DNA from: an uncultured Eubacteriales bacterium
GTDB taxonomy: Bacteria > Acidobacteriota > Aminicenantia > Aminicenantales > Aminicenantaceae
Direction: 5' to 3'
Length of the DNA stretch: 64,000 nucleotides
Assembly (NCBI GenBank): GCA_964410125.1
Contig: CAYPGQ010000009.1
Location: 13,192-77,191, forward strand
Numbering within the stretch: position 1 is the first letter of the stretch; every line of letters starts with the position of its first letter. Position numbers and translations under genes: made by a program. The notes under the pieces are model-generated. The model was not told where the DNA came from and searched no databases. It worked only from the letters and a program-made list of their open reading frames with translations. Of this stretch, positions 49,276 through 56,238 are shown piece by piece.

Positions 49276-51774
49276 GGCGGCCCTGAGAGTTTGATAGCTG
49301 ACAGTCATCATAGCCACCGCAAACACAAGCCCACCGGCAAACACAAAATCCCCAATTCCGTTAGAGGTTCGGTAGGAGAAATTCTGGAGCCACTTTTGTA
49401 AGATAAAATAAGAAATGGGCCAAGCGATCACATTGGCTAACAACACCCATTTTAAAAATTCCTTGGACAGTAGGATTTGAATGCCTATCCTCGATGCTCC
49501 CAAGACTTTTCGGATCCCAATCTCTTTGGTTCTTTGTTCGGTGGCGTAGGAGACCAGCCCGAATAAACCGAGGCATGAGATAAACACTGCCAAAACAGAT
49601 AGGATGTTTATAAATCGTCCCAATTCTTTTTCAGAACGGTATAAACTGTCTATCTCTTCGTCGAAGAAGCGCAAGCGGAAAGAACGGTTAGGATTGATCT
49701 GTTTCCAACTATCGGCCAAAACTTGAAGGGCTTCTGGCGTACGGCCAGGCACCATCCGCACGAAAACATAATTGCTCCAGGACGGCTCCATCAGGAATGC
49801 CACAGGCTCTATTTCTTCATGGACAGAGTGGTGATGAAAATCTTTTACTACACCCATAATTTCTCCCCTTTTATCGTCTAACGAAAACCACTTTCCTAAA
49901 GGAGAATTGAGTCCCATTACCTTTATGGCTGATTCATTGAGAATGTAACCTTGTTTGGTGTCCGTCGACATTTCCTTGGAAAAAAACCGCCCTTCCTTCA
50001 TATCCATCCCGAAAGTCCGGAGATAGTCGAAATCCACGGTCCTGATCTGGACATTCATTATGTCCTCGGCTGTTTTCCCTTCCCAGGAAACACCTGTTGT
50101 CTCAATGCCCAACCATAATAAGGGTGCATTTGTGGCTGTCACGCAGGATATGGACGGACTTTGGATGAGGGCGTGCTTGATGGTTTCCAGTTGGAGATGC
50201 GGATTATCTCCCAACTGGAAGAAGGCCAGGTTTTCCTTGTCCAATCCCAAATCTTTGCTTCGAATGAAATGAAGCTGCCTTGAAACCACAAGCGTGCAGA
50301 TGATCAGAGCCAGGGAAATGGCAAACTGAAAAACCACCAAAAATCGTCTGGTATTCAACATTTTTTTTGTTGACTGAGAAAAACTTTTGAAAATCTTGAC
50401 CGGAGGGAAAGACGAAAGAAATACAGCGGGATAGATCCCGGATACGGCACTGGTAAAGACAATCACAGTTGAGATAGCTGCGATGATGGGAACCGTTCCT
50501 AAAATATCCAATCCGATATCTTTGCCCAAAAGGCGGTTTAAAAGCGGAAGAAAAATATAAATGAGCCCCATGGCCAAGATGGCGCTTATAAAGGATAGAA
50601 CCAGTGACTCTCCGAAGAACTGCCCGATCAGGCTTGGCCGTCTCGCACCTATGACTTTTCTTACGCCAACCTCAAGGGAACGTTTCCCGAATCGGGCGGT
50701 GGACAAATTCATGAAGTTAATACAGGCTACAATCAGGATAAACAGGGCCAGAATGACGGCAATCGACACATATACTATGGGACCTCCCCCCTCCAATGAA
50801 CGAAGATGGATTTCCGTCAGTGGCTGAAATATGAGACGGGATGATGTTTTAGGAACTCGATCCTGCACAAAGTTTTCCAGCCGGTGATTGAGTTCAAAAT
50901 GATCGACATTTTCACGAAGCATGACGTAGGTTTTGGAATCGGAAGAGTTCCAACGATCCAAAGACTGTCCTTTCCGGATGAGATAGTCGCTGGGTATAAC
51001 ATATTCGAACTTTAGATGAGAGTTTTCGGACACATTTTTCAAAATACCAGTAATCTGGAATGGATCTCCGTTGGTCGCTGTTAATGTTTTTCCCATTGGA
51101 TCTTGTCTTTCGAAGCATACCTGTGCCATCTTTTTGGTTATGATTATAGATTGAGGACCTGCCAAGGCAGTGCTTGGATTTCCTTCCTTTAAAGGAAAGG
51201 TGAAAAGCTGAAAAATTTCCGGATCTGCGAAAAGCCCGTCTTCATCGTAAATTTTGTCCTTATTATCGCCAAAGGTAAATGCCACCCCTGCATGTCTTAG
51301 ACGGGCGGCTTTTTCGATTTCATGATAGTTTGCCGCCAAAGCTGGTGCTAGGGGAGAGGGAGTGGAGGGTGTTTTGAATATCCGATCGGTTTTTCTCTCC
51401 TGGACTATGCGGTATATGTTCTTTGCATTATCATGGAAGCGGTCATAACTCAATTCATCCATGGCCCAAAATATCAACATCAAGCTGGAGGCCATCCCCA
51501 TGGCCAGTCCCATGATATTGATGAAGGAATAACCTTTATTTCTCTTTATATTTCGTAAGGCCATTTTTAAAAAATGTTTAAGCATTGTTTTCCTCGTTAC
51601 ATAAGAAAATTTGATATAGGCCGGGATGGAATACACCGCCTGCCACCAGTACCATAGGAAAGCCCGAATTTTCCCATTTTCTGCCGCTATCCTTTGGTAC
51701 TCTTCATCGAAATCCGCCACCATCGAGAATTCATCCTCATATCGGCGCAAAAGGGAAATAATCCACCGCTTCAT
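49240..51774 (-). CDS. Duplicated FtsX/MacB-type permease with N-terminal prefix domain (ADOP-like), coupled to PadR
   Basis: 844 aa. A ~60-aa N-terminal extension precedes ALRNIKRNKGYSFINIMGLAMGMA. It has two FtsX units (FMNLSTARFGKRSLEVGVRKVIGA; EQRTKEIGIRKVLGA) and ends in QVKSLRYE. A 4-nt ATGA overlap joins it to padR. Confidence 0.9.
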   Translation of the reverse strand: MKRWIISLLRRYEDEFSMVADFDEEYQRIAAENGKIRAFLWYWWQAVYSIPAYIKFSYVTRKTMLKHFLKMALRNIKRNKGYSFINIMGLAMGMASSLMLIFWAMDELSYDRFHDNAKNIYRIVQERKTDRIFKTPSTPSPLAPALAANYHEIEKAARLRHAGVAFTFGDNKDKIYDEDGLFADPEIFQLFTFPLKEGNPSTALAGPQSIIITKKMAQVCFERQDPMGKTLTATNGDPFQITGILKNVSENSHLKFEYVIPSDYLIRKGQSLDRWNSSDSKTYVMLRENVDHFELNHRLENFVQDRVPKTSSRLIFQPLTEIHLRSLEGGGPIVYVSIAVILALFILIVACINFMNLSTARFGKRSLEVGVRKVIGARRPSLIGQFFGESLVLSFISAILAMGLIYIFLPLLNRLLGKDIGLDILGTVPIIAAISTVIVFTSAVSGIYPAVFLSSFPPVKIFKSFSQSTKKMLNTRRFLVVFQFAISLALIICTLVVSRQLHFIRSKDLGLDKENLAFFQLGDNPHLQLETIKHALIQSPSISCVTATNAPLLWLGIETTGVSWEGKTAEDIMNVQIRTVDFDYLRTFGMDMKEGRFFSKEMSTDTKQGYILNESAIKVMGLNSPLGKWFSLDDKRGEIMGVVKDFHHHSVHEEIEPVAFLMEPSWSNYVFVRMVPGRTPEALQVLADSWKQINPNRSFRLRFFDEEIDSLYRSEKELGRFINILSVLAVFISCLGLFGLVSYATEQRTKEIGIRKVLGASRIGIQILLSKEFLKWVLLANVIAWPISYFILQKWLQNFSYRTSNGIGDFVFAGGLVFAVAMMTVSYQTLRAASADQVKSLRYE

Positions 51775-52100
51775 TCTCTGTGACTCCTCACAAGATCCTG
51801 CAAATTTGTCCAGATCGCTTCGTGGAGGTCAAGAGCTTTTAAAAGGGCCTCTTTGCCTTTAGTTGTAGGTTTATAATACATCCTTCTGCGCCCGCGCCTT
51901 TCTGGAACTAGATCTCCCTTTGTTTTGGTCACATATCCTTTGCGCAACAGTTGGTCCATCACGTTATAAAGAGTCCCATACATGATGTTTTTGTTTGCGA
52001 TTTCACGCACTTTTCTCCGGATTGCCATGCTGAAGGCCTCATCCTCAAGACTGATGATGGAAGCCAGGATGAGCTGCTCCAAAACCGTTAGATTTCTCAT
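51771..52100 (-). CDS. PadR-family transcriptional regulator
   Basis: 109 aa. The winged-helix pattern is MYGTLYNVMDQLLRKGYV...RRGRRRMYYKPTTKGKEAL. Confidence 0.9.
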   Translation of the reverse strand: MRNLTVLEQLILASIISLEDEAFSMAIRRKVREIANKNIMYGTLYNVMDQLLRKGYVTKTKGDLVPERRGRRRMYYKPTTKGKEALLKALDLHEAIWTNLQDLVRSHRE

Positions 52101-52146
52101 TCTATATTTTCCTTGTTATCCTTACATGACTTGTGTCTGTTAATAA

Positions 52147-52161
52147 AACGTAATTTACGTT
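52147..52161. promoter_or_regulatory. Candidate PadR operator: perfect palindrome AACGTAA-T-TTACGTT
   Basis: Read directly. It lies 47-61 nt upstream of the padR start codon in the padR/methyltransferase divergent region. Confidence 0.45.
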
Positions 52162-52253
52162 AAAAAGGTTGACGAATCGGAATTATTAAATGTTTAAATT
52201 TTGCTATTATAATTGGTATAATCCAATTCTGAATTAAGATACTCCTGTAAAAA

Positions 52254-52284
52254 ATCATGTTTATGAATAATTCAGGTTAAATAG
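52254..52284 (+). repeat. Short-form copy of the intergenic repeat (ATCATGTTTA-TGAATAATTCAGGTTAA-ATAG)
   Basis: The core matches the 17-nt motif at 16/17 positions. It shares the flanks TTTATG...AGGTTAAATAG with copy 54830..54862. It ends 20 nt before the methyltransferase ATG. Confidence 0.55.
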
Positions 52285-52300
52285 CAAGGAAAAAAAACAT

Positions 52301-53221
52301 ATGAAAAAATCCATTATCGGTCTGCTCTTTTTATCCTGTCTTGTGATGTGGGGTGAGACAGGACTTCAACAAAAAAAGCCCGAGGTCCCCTTTGTGCCAA
52401 CCCCGGAGGAGGTTGTCGCGGAAATGCTCAGAATGGCAGATGTGGGCCAAGATGATGTACTTTACGATCTGGGCTGCGGCGATGGCCGGATCGTTATCAC
52501 GGCCGCCAAAGAGCTGGGTTGTCGAGGCGTGGGAATAGATATAGATCTTACACGCATCCATGAAAGTCGCATAAATGCCAGTAATGCTGGGGTATCAGAT
52601 AGGGTGGAGTTTTTAAATATGGATCTTTTCGAAGCGGATATCAGCCAGGCCACCGTTGTGACTCTCTATCTTCTTTCGAAAGTCAACCTCAGGCTTCGTC
52701 CGAAACTTTTCCGGGAACTGAAGCCGGGTACAAGAGTCATCTCACATGACTTCAGTATGGGTGAATGGATACCCGAGAAAACCTCCCTTATCGAGGAAAA
52801 AGTCGATTATATTCCTTTTCATGATACCCGTTTTATCGATGATTATTGGAATAAGCATACCGTTTATTTTTGGATTATTCCTGCCAATGTGTCAGGTACT
52901 TGGAAATGGACCATGCCAACAATATCCGGGAAAAAACCTTACAGGCTGGAGATCGATCAAGACTTTCAAATGCTTAAAGGAAAAGCATATGAAGGATCTG
53001 CATCACTCTTGCTTGACATAAGAAATGGAAAAATAAAAGGGGATAGATTGGAGTTTACCTTGGAGAGGAGGGCCCGAGGAAATACGGAAAAATTGTTTTT
53101 TGAAGGGATTGTGAAAAATCATGATATTGTTGGCTTTGTCAGGATCGAGGGAAAACCGGAGCTTGAAGAAAAATGGCAAGCCAAACGGGATCCCTCGACA
53201 CGAAAGTCTATCGATAAATAA
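52301..53221 (+). CDS. Class I SAM-dependent methyltransferase with N-terminal signal-like peptide and an extra C-terminal domain
   Basis: It has a hydrophobic N-terminus (IIGLLFLSCLVMWG) and SAM motif I (VLYDLGCGDGRIVITAA). Motif II/III-like segments are present (VEFLNMDLF, VVTLYLL, LKPGTRVISHDF). A ~140-aa C-terminal domain of unknown type follows. Confidence 0.75.
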   Translation: MKKSIIGLLFLSCLVMWGETGLQQKKPEVPFVPTPEEVVAEMLRMADVGQDDVLYDLGCGDGRIVITAAKELGCRGVGIDIDLTRIHESRINASNAGVSDRVEFLNMDLFEADISQATVVTLYLLSKVNLRLRPKLFRELKPGTRVISHDFSMGEWIPEKTSLIEEKVDYIPFHDTRFIDDYWNKHTVYFWIIPANVSGTWKWTMPTISGKKPYRLEIDQDFQMLKGKAYEGSASLLLDIRNGKIKGDRLEFTLERRARGNTEKLFFEGIVKNHDIVGFVRIEGKPELEEKWQAKRDPSTRKSIDK

Positions 53222-53234
53222 AAATCCTCTTAGT

Positions 53235-54308
53235 TTACTCTATCTTTTCCTTTTTTTTGTCTTTCATTACCGATTTAACCATTTTTCCAAATTTTTTATC
53301 TTTATGCCGCTTTTCTAAATAGGACATTTCATGAAATTCTGACTCTTTGCGGATCTTTAAATAATTTTGATACCGTTTGGCAGGCAATTCCCCATTCTTG
53401 ACTGCTTCTGTAACCGCACAACCAGGCTCATCCATATGCGTGCAGTTTTTGAAACGGCAATCCTGGGCCAGGTTGACGATATCCTTAAAAGTTTTAATCA
53501 ATCCCGTATCGACTCCGATATTACTCAATTCTCTCATTCCGGGTGTATCGATGATCAAACCACCCTGTTCAAGGATCACCAATTGTCGTCGAGCTGTGAC
53601 ATGTTTCCCCTTGCCGTCTTTTTCTCTAACGGCGTCTGTTGCAAAAACATTCTTACCTATGAGTTTGTTGATCAACGTTGTTTTCCCGACTCCTGACGAC
53701 CCGAGGAGGCAGTATGTTTTGCCTAGTTTTAGCAATTTTTGAATATCCTCTAATCCTTTGCCTGTTTTGTTGCTGAAAGCGATAATTTCATACTCAGGAT
53801 TTGTGCTTTTTATCTCTTGGATCTCTTTTTCCAAGTTTTCTGGTGAGATTAAATCACGTTTGCTGAGCAATATAACAGGTCGGATATTGCTTTCATTGAC
53901 CATTGTCAAATAGCGTTCCAGTCTTGGTAAGTTGAAATCAAATTCGACCGATTGCATGATGAATGCGACATCTATATTTGAGGCTATCAGTTGATGTTCA
54001 ATTTTTTTACCTGCCACTTTCCTCTTCAAAAGTGATTTTTTTGGCAAAATCTTGTGGATAATGGCGAACGTGTTTTCATTGAAGTACTGCACACAAACCC
54101 AATCACCGACTGTCGGTAAATCGAGATTCGATTGGGCTCCGTACATCATTTTCCCAGTGACCTCTGCGGGAACCTCTGTCTCTTCGTTTCTTATTATGTA
54201 ATTGTCCTTATTGACAGCGATTATACGCGCCAGGCTATACTCGAGTGGTTGAGAATCTCCGAGTCTCACACGGAACCAATCACTGAATCCCAAATCTTCT
54301 AATTTCAT
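53235..54308 (-). CDS. rsgA: Ribosome small-subunit-dependent GTPase A
   Basis: The GTPase is circularly permuted, with order G4 (LLSKRDL), G1 (GSSGVGKTTLIN), G3 (DTPG). It has an N-terminal OB-fold region and a C-terminal zinc knuckle (CRFKNCTHMDEPGCAV). Confidence 0.9.
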   Translation of the reverse strand: MKLEDLGFSDWFRVRLGDSQPLEYSLARIIAVNKDNYIIRNEETEVPAEVTGKMMYGAQSNLDLPTVGDWVCVQYFNENTFAIIHKILPKKSLLKRKVAGKKIEHQLIASNIDVAFIMQSVEFDFNLPRLERYLTMVNESNIRPVILLSKRDLISPENLEKEIQEIKSTNPEYEIIAFSNKTGKGLEDIQKLLKLGKTYCLLGSSGVGKTTLINKLIGKNVFATDAVREKDGKGKHVTARRQLVILEQGGLIIDTPGMRELSNIGVDTGLIKTFKDIVNLAQDCRFKNCTHMDEPGCAVTEAVKNGELPAKRYQNYLKIRKESEFHEMSYLEKRHKDKKFGKMVKSVMKDKKKEKIE

Positions 54309-54312
54309 GATG

Positions 54313-54759
54313 TCATATTTTTTTATACCTAATATTCAGCAAAACCAGGCTGATCGCCATCAACAACGTGGATGGAAATGCCGATCCTATGCCGAGCGGA
54401 GCGATGGCCACAAGAAATATGATCCCGCCCAAAATCCCCAACAAAAAGAGCTTCCCTTTTCTTAAAAGGAATATCCCCACCAGAATCTGTCCAGCGCCGA
54501 TCAAGGACACGATAAAAATAGTGAAGGAATTGAATACACCGTCGATGAAAAATTTATAAAAATCCACCGCATGATCCCGATATCCCAAATAGGCTTGGGG
54601 ATCTTTAATCACTGTAAATATATTGAATATCCCGGCAAGTATGAAGATAATTCCCCAGGCAACCTTTCCTATTTTAGGCCATTTGTAACAGATGATGATC
54701 AACAGTATGGCGACGATATTCGTGATGACATAAGGGAACCAGTAGTCCGGCAGATTCAT
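54313..54759 (-). CDS. Hypothetical integral membrane protein (about four TM helices)
   Basis: 148 aa. An AAGGAGGGG Shine-Dalgarno sequence is present. It has four long hydrophobic segments and no family I recognise. It ends 4 nt upstream of the rsgA start. Confidence 0.65.
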   Translation of the reverse strand: MNLPDYWFPYVITNIVAILLIIICYKWPKIGKVAWGIIFILAGIFNIFTVIKDPQAYLGYRDHAVDFYKFFIDGVFNSFTIFIVSLIGAGQILVGIFLLRKGKLFLLGILGGIIFLVAIAPLGIGSAFPSTLLMAISLVLLNIRYKKI

Positions 54760-54829
54760 TATTCCCCTCCTTATATCGCAACTTTTTTTTTATCCTATCC
54801 GACCGCTTGATAAATAAAAGCCATTCTAT

Positions 54830-54862
54830 TTAACCTGAACTATTCATAAAAAATGCCGATGC
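54830..54862 (-). repeat. Short-form copy of the intergenic repeat, inverted relative to copy B
   Basis: The reverse complement reads GCATCGGCATTTTTTA-TGAATAGTTCAGGTTAA. That is the 5' flank and 3' core of the long form directly abutted. It points at the membrane-protein gene start 70 nt away. Confidence 0.6.
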
Positions 54863-54936
54863 TTTTTTTACTTTAGCAATATCAGGAAGTTATACTGACA
54901 TTGCTGAAAAAACTTTTCAAGAAGAACCTTTTTATT

Positions 54937-55077
54937 TTCATCGGCATTTTTACCCTACGGGCGAGCCGATCTCACTGCATCTGCTTTGTTACGGCCCATT
55001 TGCGGTACACTTGTACAGCAGCATGGACCGATGCCTCGCATCTGCAGCAAGCTAGGCTCTTGAATAATCCAGGTTAA
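54937..55077 (+). repeat. Long-form intergenic repeat element, copy B (possible structured RNA or MITE-like insert)
   Basis: It aligns with 11702..11861 and ends in a perfect 17-nt core (55061..55077), 85 nt upstream of the B3/4-domain gene start. Confidence 0.7.
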
Positions 55078-55162
55078 TAAACTTATTCTTTTCAATAAAC
55101 TTTTCTGCTGTGAAACTCTTGATATTTCGAATTCATTAAAGTAGTTTTGTCACTAGGAGACA

Positions 55163-55882
55163 TTGGTGAGTGATTTATTCTATTTCATAAGCGATGAAGT
55201 ATTTGCCCTTTTTCCAGAATATGTTCGTGGTGTCGTACTTGCTTATGACGTGACGAATGCGGAATCACCTCCCCGCTTAATGGAGATGCTTCGGACTGAA
55301 GAAGCTTCTGTTCGTGATCGGCTAAACTTGGAGGAACTTACTGCTCATCTAAGGATTGCCTCATGGCGAGAAGCATTTCGAAGGGCAGGAATCAAGCCCA
55401 GTGAGTTTAGAGCTTCTGTTGAAGCCATGACGCGCCGTGTGCTTCGCCATCAAGAGTTGCCGTCAATCAACGCGCTGGTCGACATCGGCAACATTCTATC
55501 ATTACGCCATCTCTTACCGATCGGTGCCCACGCGATAGATGTCGTTTCACACGACATCGCTTTATGTCGAGCCTCAGGAGAAGAGGAGTTTGTGGCTTTC
55601 AGGTCTGAGCAGGTTGAACATCCTATCCCAGGAGAGATCATATTTACAGAGGGCAATACTGTTCTGACGCGGCGGTGGAGTTGGCGTCAGGCCAATCACA
55701 CGCTGACTTTTCCGACTACGACGGCCATTGAATTTAACGTCGATGGCCTTCCTCCTGTTTTGAAATCTGAGGTAGAAGAAGTTTGCCTAGAACTCATGGA
55801 ATTGGTGCAGCAGTTTTGTGGTGGTCAGATGCGTTATGAGATCCTTACGCGGCAGAATCCGCGAATCACATTAAAGCGCTAG
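55163..55882 (+). CDS. Stand-alone B3/B4 tRNA-binding domain protein (PheRS beta-subunit editing-domain homologue)
   Basis: 239 aa, with a GTG start behind AGGAGA. The pattern (WREAFRRAGIKPSEFRASVEAMTRRVL...LPSINALVDIGNILSLRHLLPIGAHAID...TRRWSWRQ) is typical of free-standing B3_4 domain proteins. Confidence 0.7.
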   Translation: MVSDLFYFISDEVFALFPEYVRGVVLAYDVTNAESPPRLMEMLRTEEASVRDRLNLEELTAHLRIASWREAFRRAGIKPSEFRASVEAMTRRVLRHQELPSINALVDIGNILSLRHLLPIGAHAIDVVSHDIALCRASGEEEFVAFRSEQVEHPIPGEIIFTEGNTVLTRRWSWRQANHTLTFPTTTAIEFNVDGLPPVLKSEVEEVCLELMELVQQFCGGQMRYEILTRQNPRITLKR

Positions 55883-56238
55883 CTCAATTCTTCAAAATCA
55901 TCAATTGTTTATCCTAATCACTCACTTTTTGAGCAGTCGTGCTTAATACATCCTCGCTGTCAATATGGGGACGTCCCTGTATTGTCTGGTCATTATAGAT
56001 TCTGTCGTTTGTTATGCTTCTTTCAGTTCCATCTAATATTGAATTTTTTCACGAGAAGAAAGCCCAAAAAAATCCTGGTATATTTTACGAAAGAGGGCAT
56101 ATAATATTCACCTGTTTTTGTATTTATGGAATGATATCTCTTTCGAAGCATTTTGGCAGAATTATGACTGTCCGTGAGGACTCTAACACAACATGGGATT
56201 AATTTGTGGTGATAAAATTTTTCTTGGAGGTATTTTTA

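Noticed and set aside
55967-55977. The palindrome GGGGACGTCCC, with shared context ATGGGGACGTCCC, also occurs at 8098-8109.
   Set aside because: A shared 13-mer is within chance expectation for a 64-kb window searched on both strands. There is no further flanking similarity.
56040-56160. The minus-strand translation (…ILYALFRKIYQDFFGLSSREKIQY) is faintly reminiscent of the C-terminal helix of AraC-type regulators. This would suggest another relic in the 356-nt spacer before the M1 peptidase gene.
   Set aside because: The match is too short and too gapped to support. It is interrupted by stops and has no second HTH segment. A BLASTX search is needed before any claim.
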